Positions 11,226-26,200 of a DNA stretch of 64,000 bases are shown in pieces. The first letter of the stretch is position 1; each line of letters begins with the position of its first letter. Made by a program: the position numbers and the translations under genes. Under the pieces are notes generated by a model, which was given only the letters and a program-made list of their open reading frames with translations, ran no database searches and had not been told where the DNA came from. The stretch covers positions 27,986,503 through 28,050,502 of the forward strand of contig CM120640.1 of the NCBI GenBank assembly GCA_051362555.1, given 5' to 3'. The stretch is from Lingula anatina. Taxonomy: Eukaryota; Animalia; Brachiopoda.

Positions 11226-14200
11226 CTAGTCTTTCTTTGTCAAGGAATCTTTCAAGTCTTTGAGCAGCATGGAGCCTATGACCATCTTCTCACAGTTCAC
11301 TTTCAATGCTGCTTTCCTCCCATCAAGTTTGACTGAGATGAGCACCAGGGCACCTGCTGACAGAGTCTTGCCAGCAAACTTGTAGGTATTGTCTTGCATT
11401 GAGGGCACTTGTACAACATTGGCCACCTCATACACTCTCCTACTTATAGTCTTGATGTCTGTATTTTCAGTTGCCATATCCACAGTGCCACTGTTTTCAT
11501 TCATTCCTGATAATTTACCTAAAAGCAAGTGTTTAATTATTTTATTATAACTGTGAACATACATTCAATGTTATTTTTTTTTACCTTTACAGACTAAAAT
11601 ACATCCCTTTCGTCTTATTCTGATTAGTAAATAAACAAAATTTTATGGCACAAGGCAAAACATGAAAAAGGTTCTTTTATAAAAATGAAAAAATATTTGA
11701 AATTCGTGCTAATTCAAATTATCTTTTCACAACAGATAACATAATAGGTAACACACAGAAACTATATCACATACCTTGCTGTTTGTCAAATTCATTCTCT
11801 GCCATATTAACTGGCTGTATTTGTTCTCCAACCGGTGCCTTCACTGTGACAGAAAATTTTTTCTCCTGTGAACAGACATCGAATGTGGCTGGCTGTGTGG
11901 TGTCAGCAAAGTTGATGCCCATAGTCGCTGTGACAGTGGCTCCAACACCAAGGTTACCTAAAATAAATATAGTGTTAGCCATTAACAAATGAAAGTTGGC
12001 AAACTTTAAAAAATATTTAACAGTTTGTTTTCAACTACTAAGATGCATGTAATAAATCCTTTAAAACATAAAACGTAAGATAACTTACCAATCTCAGGGA
12101 AATCAAAAATCTCCATTCCAGACTGAAGTTTCTGAAATGTTCATCAAAAATACAAGTTAAGGAATGTGTACATACCAATGTTTACCAGTAGGACAGCCGC
12201 ATATTGTGTTTATGTTGTTTAAATCTAATATCAAACTTAAGTTAAATCTAGAGTTAGTTTTATTGCTTGGTATTCTAAATGCACTTTGTCTCATGAAAAT
12301 AGTCGGACTTTGCCTACCTTGTCTCCAATTTTCACATTAAGAACAGGCTTGTCACTGGAGTTCGTCAAAGTCAATTCCACTGATGCCATTTTTTCAGAAA
12401 ATATGGACACAGTTCTGGTGAACCTGTAGGTGATACTCAGGCCACCCCCAGTGATTCTGTTCAGCAATTCATATGTTTTGGTTGGTATGAAGGATGGGGC
12501 AGTGACCTACAAATAAGGTAAAAAAAATTTGATAGGATTCTACTTACTCTCAACACCTACATCCCAATTGTACCAAACAATAACTATGTCACACCTACCA
12601 AACTGTCCCATCAATCACACTGTCACACTTGCCACAACTGTTAGTTACAACCATAAGAAACTTGAAAAAATTCTCAATACAAGGACTCTGTTGCACCATA
12701 CTGTCACATCTACCACAATTGCACATCAAGCCTCCTCCCCTACCAAATAAAAAAAGTCTCTGTCACACTTACTGTGGTGGATCCTCCCGTGTCACCTCCT
12801 AGTGAGAGGCTACTCATGTCCTGTGCTAGGACTGGCATCAAGAAGTCAGATTTCCCAACTGCTGCTGGATTAGCTACAGTGCTGCCAACTGAAACACAAG
12901 AATGCAAATTCATGTCAATATTATTATTTGTATAATACAAATAGGCACCTTTTCACCTTCACCCATTTCTAAATAGAAAAGTTGGTACCTTAATGGATTA
13001 TCATGAAAATGTTTGGAAAACTAGCCCAACAAATGTTAGTCTACACATGTGCCCTCTGTGGTCCAAACTGATAATATTTTTCTACTCAAACAGTTTCAGA
13101 TTTCTTTACTTCATCCTATCATGCACTTTTTTAACAGCAAGATAAAGCCAACCAACAACCAGCTATACCAAGTCATGCTATTAATCAAAAAGATCTGTAT
13201 GCATTAAGTTTTATTGTGATAATAATAATAACAATAAAATTTTATAAATATATCACCAAAGATTACTTCCCTCATCTTATTGAATGTAACACAGCTATAA
13301 CAATTTTGTTACATATCTGGTTTATGTATCATTTCCTATAAAACTGGTCATTTTAATGTTAAAACAATATGCAAGATTTTTATCTGATCAAACCACATAC
13401 TTGGATATGAGTACCTTATGTATCCTTAGACTTTCAAATCTTCGTAGTTATTACTTAATTTTTAATCACGGAAAAAAGATAAAAAAAATATAAAAATAAA
13501 AGATAAAAGCAAGTTGAAAAGTAAGAAGCCAGAGCAACCCTTTTCCATGCTATTACACCAAAAACCTCTTGGACAGCTGACCTAGTAAAATATATTATCC
13601 TTTAATTAGTTCAGACACATTGTTGGCCAACAAGTATACACATAGTTTACATCTAATTTACCCTCTGCCTCCTCTGCATCTTGGTTGACAAGGGTGTCTC
13701 CTAGTGACATTGTCACTAATGAGGAAAAGGAATTATGTTAGTTGTTATTTGAGATGTGCATCACCTACAGAATGTGCTATGTTACAGCAAATGTATGCTG
13801 ATGTTTGTACTATAACAAAAGAGCTTTTGAGAAGAGGAGAGTTAAACGGACAGCCATGTAAGAACTAACACTGGATTCAAGACATTAATGCATATGTTCT
13901 TCCCAGTCATATTTGTTGATGGAACACATGTAGCAATACTTACAATCTAAATCTAACAGCATGGCTGCATTGGAAGTAGCCCCCATTTTAGCTTTGGTAG
14001 ACTTGGCCTAAAAATTAACAAACAAACAAAGAAAATTAACTTACTAATTTTTAAAGGCTTTGAAAAGAATTCTCATTATGATATCAATAATTATGTATGG
14101 GCACTAGTGACATATAAGCTAACTCACTGTTAACTAAGGTGCTTCAACTTTTAACACTGTCATGATTGTATGAAACTAACAAATTCCCCTACCTTAGGTT

Positions 14201-17200
14201 GGGGTTCTTCATCGGAGCTCTCTTCCTCTTCATCCTCTTCCTCACTTGATTCTTCCTCCTCACTGCTATCGACTTCTTCACTTGACTCTTCATCTTCCTC
14301 GTCTTCAACTTTCTTAGATTTTTTCTTGGGTTTTTCATCTTCTTCATCTTCTTCCTCATCTGATTCCTCTTCCTCCTCTGAACTGTCCTCTTCACTGCTA
14401 TCAGTTTCATCAGAGCTGTCTTCTTCTTCTTCCTCATCTTCATCTTCTTCTTCTACATTAATGCAAATGCATAAATCAGTTTTTATCAATTTTACACAAG
14501 TCTGGAAATTATATATAACAATGTGCATGTGTGCACCACAATCATCGTTTAATTTATAATTTTGAAGAGCTGTTGCTGCACAAAAAAGTCCTAATCTGTA
14601 GTTTTTGGTACACATACAAAATCATTGGATTAGCATTACATACACACAGAAAAAGACCTACACATACCTGACTCTTCATCAGAATAAAATGATTTCTTTT
14701 TAGCAGGCTTCACTTTGCCACCTTTCTTTTTCTTTTTCTGAGCAAGCAGATTGGTATCTGCCACCCAAGCTGTAGGTACCTCCACATTTCTTACTGTTGG
14801 ATCTGGAGCTACTTCGGGAAAATCCGGAATTTCTCTATACCCAGTGGCCTTGGTATTAAGCACATGAGAGAGAGTAGCCAACTGGAACTGATCTCTGTCT
14901 TTAAACTTTGATTCCAAAACAGGTGCTGGTTTTGTTGCAAGAAACATCTTCTTCGCATACTTGGCAAAAGCTCCAGCTTTCTCTCCAGGGATGATAAGCT
15001 GACGGAGGAAGCGTGCACGATCACGGATGTCGTAGTTTTGGTCATATTTGGCCAAATTAAAGACATACTGGCACAACAGCTTAGTTTGCTTGGAGTTTGT
15101 GATGCACAACTTTGCTGCTAGGTTAAGGATTTGAAGTTTAACAATATCTTCCTAGAAAATAGAAGAGATTTTCCCTGTAAGATTTAAGTGATTTAATTAA
15201 ATAGTTTTACAGCAAATTCTCATTTAATTCCAATGATATATAAATCTAAATTATCGTTTAAAAACGCAAGTCTTCGTAAACAAGCTCTGTTTTTTCTTAA
15301 AAGAATAACTTTTAAAAAGTTATGGTGATATGTGAATTGTAGAACAATGCTATAATTTCCACAAATTCTTCACAGTTTTGACATACCTCATTGATGAAAT
15401 TCTTTGCACACTGTCTCAGCACATCAGGAGCAATTTTAGGCACTCGGTCAGAATACTCTCCAATCATCCACAAGATGCTCGCTCTGGCCATGGGCACTGT
15501 GATGTCCTGGGCCATCTTGGCCATGTGTACAATGATATCCTTGTGTTCTTGTGGCTGTGAGACAGAATCCGTAGACTATACACAGTCACGGCAGAGATGA
15601 CAGAGTTTTAGCGCAAGCATGTTAAAAGCACAGCAAAATGCAATAAATTGTTCTGAATTGCTAGTTATTTAGGTGCTGCAAAACAATACATAAAGAATAC
15701 AAAAAAAAAGGAGCAAAATGCGTCATTTCTTTCATTTCCAACTGCAATGGATTACTTATGGAATCAGTATAAATTGTGACAGAAAATTAGTTGATCATTA
15801 GTACAAAATCCAAATTTGTTAATAAATTAAAGTATTATTAACTGAGTAATGGAAAAGATGCCCCTCTAAAAAAAATGATATGACTTACTCAATTGCATTG
15901 CATGCAATTGGCCCCAATTTCAGTAGAAAAACATGAAGACATTAAAATGAGTAGACTACATAAGCAGGACAACATCTTAATTATTAGTAAAATTGCAGAT
16001 ATGAATGAATTATTAAATTAAAAAATTTCCTCTTTTTTTTTTTTACACGTCAAATACACCGATTATTTTGCCTTATAGTTGAAATATATAAAAAAACCAT
16101 GCCACCATGCCACCTTTGACCAATCAAAACATATCCAAGCTAATCAATTAAGTATGGTAGATAACCTTCATGCAGAATGAATGATTCTTCTATCTCCAAT
16201 GGTCCCCCCATTCATGGATGCATTAGAAAGCATAATGTGAAAAATTTTGAAAAATAAGAAAGGGGTTAATTTTTGAAAAAAATGTGCAGAATTTGATGAG
16301 TATATAAAACATTCTCCAGTGGGCTTGGTGTCTTTCTTCAATCTTTGGAAGGGACAGGCAAAACCCACCCCAAAATGGTTTCTGAAAATGGGTGAATGCT
16401 CCCACCAAGGGTTTGCTTATATACACCATAGTATAATAAATAAAACATGCTTTAAGTAATAAAATTGTCCCATAAGCCAATGATTACCACCACTTTGTGT
16501 TCCCTCTTCTGTTAGTGTTAAAGAAGAGTAAAAACCAAAGTTACATCAAAATCGGATAAATCATTATGGAATTCTGAGGGAAAGTGAAGGGCAGCAATGC
16601 ACAAAAAGCTTTGCAAAATTCATTTGCATAACATTTTTTGTAAAACAGTGTGTGTATTATAATATGACTCTCATATCAAACAGTTAATATCATTAACAAT
16701 AATTGCTTAAAACTGCTTTTTAAATCTTTGTTGTTTATTTATTACTGAGTGGTCATTACAAAAACTAATTAGAACTGTTCCTTGTTCTACATTAATCTCA
16801 TAATAATTAATACTGTATTTATGGATGATCAGATACTCACCTGCATTTGCAAAAGTTTCTTAATTACCACCACACTTTCTGCAACCACAGTTTCTGTAAA
16901 TGAAAAATTTAAACATATGCTGAAAAATTTCATCCTAAACCACCCTCATTCCATCTAGACATCTGGGAAAATGAATTAAAATTGACAATTAAACAATTCC
17001 AATAAGATAAAACACTGAAAAAGGCAAGGTGACAGCAATAACCTATGAATCTGGGAGAATAAATTAAAATTGACAAACAATTTTGATAAGATAAAACACT
17101 GGAAAAGGCAAGGTGAAAGCAATTACCAATTAATGAGTAATTGCAATCACCAAATTACTTATAGACACCATACACCAATAAGGTGCCTTATGTTCACTTA

Positions 17201-20200
17201 CCATCTCTATTAGACATGAGTCTGACCAGTCCATTTAGACAGGTGTCCGTGATCTCAGGTATAGTGCTGGCACACCTGCCTATGGCCTGAATAGTAGCAG
17301 CAGCAAACTCCTTGTCTGTACTTGTAATATAGGTCTGGAAAAAATTGTTAAACATTTTTCTGTACAGCATTCCTTAAACGGGATGACTATTATTGATTTA
17401 TCCACTCTGTACTGGCATTCTATCATACATACTGGTCTTTTTATAGAAATTTCCCACCAATCAAATAAACACTATTAATACAGGATCTAAAAAGCTGAAA
17501 AAAAATCTCCCTCCTCCACGGGGTACTTACCTGAAATTCCCTAATAATGGTTGAGATACTTGTCTCGGTTCCCAAGTTAGTAAGTATCTCCAGCTTCAAT
17601 AATTTCACATGGGTGGGGTCAGTGGAATGGACATAGAAGCTCTTGAGAAAAGGTTCAAACATTCCCTTGAAATAAAGAAGAAAATATATGAAATGTAGCA
17701 TATTTCAAAAATGATGTTTTAAGCAGAATGCTGTGTGACATATTAAAGAGTTTTTCTATAAATATGCTTTGTTCAAATAAAACGATAAATACCATTTTAC
17801 AAGCAGAACTGGATGTATGATGTTAGAAAAAGAGTAACATTTGTAGTGTATTTTATAAATCATATTTAATCTTACCTTTCTTTTGACAGACATGGTGGCT
17901 ATGTTGCTCAAGACAATGTATTGCACTTCCCTGAAAACAATACAAATGCATATCATTTCATGAATACCATTCCCAGTACTTTTTTTTTTACAAAAGAAAT
18001 GAGATTTGTAAAATCCATTACGATAATATCTACTGATATTGTTTAATACATCAAATTCCCAGTTATCTACTTACTTGTGAGACCTTAGCAGCCTTATCAA
18101 TGATTTAGCAACCATTCCAACCTCAGCTCTGGGTGCACAGTGATAATACAATTGTGCCACTGCCATAACAACCTGCACATACAAAAATATATGTTTATTG
18201 GTAAAATTGTTAACTTTCTCCCACACATATATACACATATCCATACAAATGCATGCAAACAGTACGCACAAACACACTAGTATGCCCACAACCACGCATA
18301 CACACACACACACACAAAAATGTTCCCCTGCTCTCTCTCCCTTCACTTCAGAGCGTGTGGACAAACAGAATCATAATACACTCAAATTGCTAAAATTACA
18401 GTTGCAAGATCTACTTACAGCAGCATTCCTGCTGTTCAGCAAGGGTTTACAGTTTCTCAACAGAAGCCTGTGATCTGGATCCATTATATACGGCTTCTTC
18501 TTTGGCTTATCATCCTCCTCCTCCTCTTTGTCTTCTTTCTCTTCATCCTCATCTGATCCATAGAAGGCTTTCTCACTTTCTTCTTCTATCATATCCTAAA
18601 AAAGTAATGTTGACCTTAACAAAAAGTTGAGAGAATTTTTCTGAATTTTTCTCTTGTTACAGCAACCCTTTTTTCTGTGCAAATCTCCATAAGCTGATAT
18701 CTATAATGATGTAATGCACATATCCCAACAACGTCCTCCTGCTAATTGCCCAACTTTGGCAAATCATATTTTGAATTCCAAGTATGATAAAATAAGAAAT
18801 TTGCAAGATTTGGCAAACTGACATAATGTTACATTTACAATAGATTTTCAACTAAAATTGTTCAGCATCCTCTGCCACTTTTCACTTTGTTTTATAATCT
18901 AAACTGACAAAATAATACATGTGCAATACTTTTCCACCAACATCACAATGCACAACCACTATAAGTATTTTCTACACACAAACAATAATACATTTATAAC
19001 AGTTTCAACTAAGTCACTTATAATTTTTAATGTGCACTAGTAAAATAGGATGCTATTAGCAAGCTGGGCACTCACATCTCTGTTAGGGTTGACAAACTGT
19101 GTCCTGGCATAGCGAGTCAGCATGTTGATGATGACCACCTGTCCCCACTCCTCAACATCTACCAACAGGTTGCATAACTTGCGATAGTTCTTGTGGATAA
19201 GATCAATTCTCTCTGGGCAAACTTCTTCGAAGGCTTGGATAGCACTTCCTGCAACCAGCTGAAATACATAAAAAAATAAATGCTTTTTGGTCTGCCTTAG
19301 GGCAAATTCAGGATTATGTGAGAAATAATAAGTTACTAAATCCGCGGATCAAATATGGAGGGCACTTTACAATGGATTACAGCCTCCCAGCAATTGGTAG
19401 GGAAATTAATCTCGGCACGCTTTGAAGTGGGTCACGCCACATTTGATCTGTGGGCTAGAACCAAAATAAAGGAATAATAAGTTACTGCAGACTAGGTAGT
19501 CTGCGGATCAAATATGGAGGGCACTTGACAAAGGTTTCACACCTCCCACCAGGGGCAGAGCATTTAATCTCGGGTCACGCCATATTTGATCTGCGGACAA
19601 GTTAGTCCTCGGATCAACTGGTTCTGAATGCACCCTTGTATCTTGAAAAATATACATCAGAGTAACTTTAATTTAAATTTTAAAAATTCAAATTCAAAAA
19701 TTAAACATCAGCTACAATTGCCTAAACAAATCTCTAATCTGCAATTTTCTGTCCTTTTCATCCACATTCATAATAAATAGAGAGGTACTTGTAGACTTAC
19801 TGTTGTTTTGTCAGCCAACAGCTTTTCAATCACCTCAATCAACTGATCTTTCAGCTCTGGATCTAGGCTATGAAAATAAATCAACATATTAATTACATAA
19901 AAATTATAGATAATAAATAAATTAATTCTCTAAATGTGCTAATAATTCAAACTTTTTTTAGGAGATCAGGGTTATTCTACACAGGTTATACATGTACAAG
20001 TAAACATCTCTACTTACCCAAGTCAAAGGACTGTATTTCTTTTACAGTGCACCAACAATATATAAAATTAACAAAATCATATAACATTAGTTTCACACCA
20101 ATTTTACCAACTTAAAATAAATTACGCTTATCAGGAATGATGAAAATATAACACGAACACATAAAATCATGTGAACATACCTGAACAGCTTTGGAATGGC

Positions 20201-23200
20201 ATGAGCGGCCGTCTTGCGCACATAGGGTGACATGTCATTGCAAGACTCCTTGATGGATAACATCATTATAGGCACAATAACAGGCACTCGGATACTTGAG
20301 AGCACACGCAGGGCACTGGCACGAATAAGCTGATTAGGATCCTTATGAAAATAAAGGTAAAATAATGAAGAGATTAATCAGGTGATGTTCATAAGAAACC
20401 ATGGAGCAAACCTGTTTTTTAAGTATTCAAATTGGTTAGAGCAACCATGCAATAAAACCACTTTTTCTCAGAGGAGGGATTAGTCTGTACCTGTATGCCA
20501 AAATTTTCCTTACCTAGTAATTAATATAAATAAAAATAAATTTTGTCATTCCTTTAAATGTCACCACACATGGAATGGGATGTTATCTTTATACAGATAT
20601 AAAAATACATACTAAAGATTAAAATTTTGCAGCATTAATTGTTTACATATAACTTAAACCATGTGAAAATCACTTAGGCATGACATAAAACAACAGCCAC
20701 CACAGTGACCCAAAAGAAAGGAATAATAAGTTACTGTCATGACACAGAAATCTTTTCAAGCCTGTCCTTTATCATTTCAGTAAGTTTGCAATAACAAAGC
20801 TTCAAGCAAATCTTTGGCTATATAAAATAAAATGCCTAAAATAAAAGGACATCCTATACCCAGTTCATCACCAGTAATCAAATACATTTCGAATCTGAAC
20901 GCAATTTCTAAATTTGCAATTGAAATCTACAAAGAACAGTCAGCAGGAAGGAACAATGAAGACATTACATGATAAACTACATCAATAACCTAGTTAGTAT
21001 ACTGCAGTTCACAACATGACATGTGTAGGTATGTAATTTCTTTTTGATTCACTTCCTTTATAGAAAATAAATGTCATTTGTACTAAAAACCTATGAGGTT
21101 CAGTATTCTCTAACCACAAATCAAATAGGATAGCCTGCAGGTAGAAATATGTTATGTGTGATAAGGCAGATATCAGGTCCTAAGTTGATGCTTTTGGTCA
21201 GGCAATATATTCTAATACTTTTAAGTTTTATTCCATAGCTGGCCAGTAGTCACACAAGGAGTCTTTTTTTTACTGTAAACAATATCATGCGAATAAAAAA
21301 TTTATCAGAGTTAACTGTCTAGTCACACTTTCAAATAAATAGGCTTTGTCATGCAGCCAGATTCAGATTTTTTAGGTAGGCTGTTGAGTGAATGCTTATA
21401 CTACAGATTTATATCAAAATAAGTACAAAATTGGTTTTCTTCACTTTTTAATGAACTTTTTTTCCAAAGACCCTTTGCAATTTCGCGAAGTCCACATATT
21501 CCACTTGTAGCGAGAAACAGAGAGAGAGAGTGAGAGGAGGGGTACCTTAAGGGCCCTTTGGAAGGTACTGATGGACAGAAGAGCCAGGTCCTGCTGTTCC
21601 TCTGCATACCTGGTCAGGTACACATACACAAGTTTCTTAACCTGAAGACACAAACAAAATCATTTCATTTAGTTTAAATGTTTAATATGGCAAAATAAGC
21701 AATGTATAAAAATTTCCTCTCTGCCCTAAGAATAATAATATTATGGAAAAGCTACTAATTTAATTGTCATTAGTATCTCAGGTATAACAGTGTAATACCT
21801 TTTTTCTCATCTTCTGTTATAAGGTGTGAGACAAAGTTATGCAATAGTAAAACCATGGACTTCAATGTCAATTCATTTGATGATCAAATTAAGAGACTGA
21901 AAATAATTACCTCCAGATTTTTGGACACAACATTCTTCACCACTGCTGGAAACAGATCGGAGGCATCTTTTCCTTTGGCCACCATCTTTAATATAGAAAT
22001 AAAAAGATCGTATGAGAATAATCAGCATGACAGCAACTTGAAAAGGTCATTGTCATTTATTCAAAATAAAGATTATGAACAAATCAAGATAATAATTACT
22101 TAGAAAGATTTACTGAGCCTAGATAATCAGGCTGGATGACTATCAACTGCCCTCCATTCTCCCATTCTTCAAAGAACAATTTAAAAGAAAATGCCACAGT
22201 GCCTCAAGGGATTCTAATCTTAATCCTAATATTTCAATCTAACAGCCTCGAAAACTACATTTTACAGCCACAGCTCTAATACTCAAGTCTGAGTAAACAA
22301 TACTAAGCTGTATTGATTTTCAGCTTTTCCAATATCATACCAGTTGTGGTATCTATATTTCATGAGTTTGTGGGCACATCGAACAGATCCAGTCCCCAAA
22401 GCTCTATGAGCTTGACCTCCAAACGCCCCATCTTATTGACTAGAATGGTTTTCTAGGATCAAATGTGCACTGGGATTTGAAATAACATTCTTGGAAATAG
22501 CAAGGGTTGGATTCCCTAATTCTTTAACTTACAGCACGAACTGATGAAAAAATTGTAAAATCCTAGAACAAAACAGTTCAATCCAACATAATTTCACATT
22601 ATAAAATATGTATCAAACTATATGTATTGCTATTCAAATCTAGGAAGGTCTCTGTGTATGCAAGCCTGTGTGCAGATGAACTTCTTTTACATGTTTTCAT
22701 TTCTTCAAATATCATTTTTGCAAAATGCTGAAATCCACAGATTAATATGTTTAACAGCATAATGAAGCCGTAGGTCTATAAAGCAACTGCAAATTGTTTT
22801 GAAATCTTGACTTTGCTTTAGTCAGATTTTCAAGTAATTTTGATTCTTCTACATTTTGACACCAAAAGTCAGAAAATCAATCACTGTTCTTTTTTCTGCT
22901 TCTTATGCACAGCAATAATTAACTCTGTAAGTTAAATTTACTCTTTCCCCCTTAGATGAACATAATGAATGAAGAGTCATTCTCTCGGGACTTTTTCATC
23001 CTTTTATATAGAGGAAAGAAACTTAATAAAAGCTGAGTCAATACCACTGTTCAGATATCTATTCTTAGACACAGAAAAGCATCCCTTAATAAAAACAAAG
23101 CTCTTGCAACCATAAAAGATTTGCAATGATCATATACATCAGCTAAACAGAAGTGGAAAAAAATTAATTGTTTCCAACTTCATCATTTACTTGATAATAT

Positions 23201-26200
23201 TACATTTACAAAATTTACTTGATTCATTTACTTGATAAAATTATATTTACAAAATTACATCAAAATGAGTGTCTCCTCCTTAGATATCAAAACACTGGCA
23301 AAAGTTAGACTAAGTGACCACGACCTAGCAATAGAAAGGGGCCGATACACAAACCCTAAAACTCCTCTTGATGAGAGAAAATGTAAAACCAGCAACTGTG
23401 TAGAGGATGAAAAACACTTCCTCATGGAATGTTCAAGATACACTGTTGAAAGGCAACGAATGCATGATGAGCTATTGAAAATCAGTGTGGTGGGTCTAGA
23501 GGACAGTGATCAGATATTGTCAATTCTCCTGAATCCACCCTGTGAAAAAAGCCTCAAAGTAATAGCAGAATTTGTAAAAACTGATGTTTAAATACATAGT
23601 TCACCTACAATTTAGTACATCACAGCCACTAATTGTTGATAATACTGTGAATAGCTTAACTAATTAATTAACCTTATAGCATAACATGCTTTAACACATG
23701 TGCAATTTAAGCATAATACATATGTAAACATATATAAATGTATATCCTTTATATATTGTGTAAATAATGTAGTCTACTGAGCCTAAAAATGTATTCATAC
23801 CATTTAGTGCTCAATAAACTTATTATTATTATTATTATTATCATTAAAATAAGTTGTTCTGTTAAAACGAAAATTTTTATTTTTCTTTACTCCTCCAGAG
23901 ACTTGGATTCATAAGATGCCTCTATAAGTACAGAAATGCAATATCAGTAGTGTATTTCTATTTCTGTATGAATCACATGAGTTATCATGCAAAGGACACA
24001 TACACTTAAACATTTTTTCTGTCAGAAAAGAAATTAGTGCTTAACAAAAAAGGGATATTATTTATTTAATAATTAATTTATTTACTTATTTACTTACAAT
24101 TCAATACTTACACCAATAATCCTTTTCATTGCCTCCAGCTTTAGGTTGTCTTTGTTTGTGTCCAGCATTTGCTTCAGGTCATCATGCCTGTACACAGACA
24201 AACAAACAATTAACTTCCACAGGTTTTCTATTGCTGTATTTGAAATTTTGATATATACAAATGAAGGTGACATAATGAAAACACATTTAAGCAATGCACG
24301 TTCAGATAAACTATTATAAGACAAGAAGGCAAACATTTCTTAAACGTTATTAAATGCTGTGCTCAAATTCCCATCCTGCAACACCCCTCACCTAAGATCT
24401 AATAAAAGAATATATTAGATCTTAGCCCTCACTAATATAAGGGACCGTTCACATGGAAAGTCTATTTTCTAAAAATCTATTTTCTATTCGCGGTATCTTG
24501 GGATCACAGTCTGTGCCCTGAATATCCCATGGCGTAATTACTGGCAGCGCAGGGAGTAACTGGCTCGTGCTGCCAGTAATTACGCCGTGGGTTATTCAGG
24601 GCACAGACCGTGATCACAAGATACCGCAAATAGAAAATAGATTTTTAGAAAATAGACTTTCCATGTGAACGGTCCCTTAGTGTCAAAGTTCACGCACATC
24701 TCTTTAGTTAAAGACTAAGTAATGAAACCCCGCTGCAGTGGATACTTAAAGGACAATGTTCATGTAAAAATCCATTTCTCGAATTTTGAAGATACAGCAC
24801 TCAATCTATACACTAGAGGTATGTTTTAATCGATCCCCGCCATTTAAAAATTATAAAAACAATCTATTAGTAGAAAAAAAGCGTTTTAGTAAACCTCACC
24901 TCAATATGCAAAAATGAAGCAACAGATCTGGGTCACGTGGTACTGTGACGACAATCACGATAAAGGTCTATGAGACTCAACTGAGCTGCAGGTGCATACA
25001 GACGGAGAAGTTAAGGAAAGTTGTGTTGAACGGAGTTGAGGAATTTTCGTTATGCCTCGGTGTGTTGCCGTGGGATTCACCAAAATTGCAGCTCTCGTTG
25101 ACAATCTTTCTTTGTCTGTGACGGTCTTCCGTGACTTACTTACTAACTTCGGTGACAATAGTTGCGATGCTCTAGATCATGGTCACCTCAGGTGGTTTAG
25201 ATCATATCAAGAGCTGGTAGTCTTTCATATTAACTGTCATCAGTTGGCAAACTTACTGATTGCTGATGCATTTTAAATGCATTGTAGTTGACCAAAAGCT
25301 CGTTTACAACAAACCTGTTAATTATGCACCGCTGCAATTCCCAAGCCAGGTAATAACAGGTATGAAACTCGTCTTGGTGGGCTTTCATATTTTTCAATAT
25401 ATCTCATTTATTTCATGGGGTTATTTTATTGGTATTTGTAAATGACGTTAAATATCAATACTTAAACAATTAAGTTCAAACACGGTCGCGAACATTAATA
25501 AAAGAAATTGCTCTCAGGGTATCTTGAGGCTTCCGTGGAAGAAAACGTGTTGAGGAAAAACAGGAAAAAGAGCGTTATATTAAAGAAAAAATGGGAACTG
25601 CTATAATAAAATGGTTCGTTATCCTAATTCGTTTATGCTTTGAGGATTTGTTTCTGAAGATTATTTCATCTGAAATATTAAATAATTTAAAAGATTGATT
25701 ATTTTATAACTTAACGCAAATTCTGCGTCAGTACGCAATTTTTTTTTTTTTTGCAAATTTGTAAGCTTATAACAACGTGCTATAAAGATCTACTCAACAA
25801 AAAAATGTGCTTGGGTAAAATTGAGTACGGAATGAACTGGAGACACTTGGCTTGTCATTAAGTTTACACGAAAATATGTCAGGTAACTTTATACTGTCTT
25901 TGAAAGAGTAAAGATTGAAAGATAATTTTAGACAAACTTTGACGGGGGAAATACCTACAAAGAGTAATGGGCTATTTCGCCAACATCTTGTTGAAAATTT
26001 TACACTGCAATTCTATCAAATAAGCTAAGGAACTAATTGCCAAATTAATACTCTCATCACATAACAGGGGGGTAACCAGACCTGCAAAAATTGTACGCAC
26101 ATATTTAAAAAGATTACAAGCACATACAGCAAAATGTAGACTTACGCAAAACATGAAGGACAGCGTAATCACAGCAAATGTACCTCATATAGTAGCTTAA

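Noticed and set aside
14128-14133. Possible 6-nt microexon (TTAG|TTAACA|GTGAGT, minus strand) in the AP3B hinge
   Set aside because: It has a good donor but no polypyrimidine tract, and cannot be distinguished from chance without RNA data.
14170-14559. Poly-Ser ORF (+) and the Lys/Arg-rich ORF 14189-14443
   Set aside because: These are antisense and alternate-frame shadows of the acidic AP3B hinge exon.
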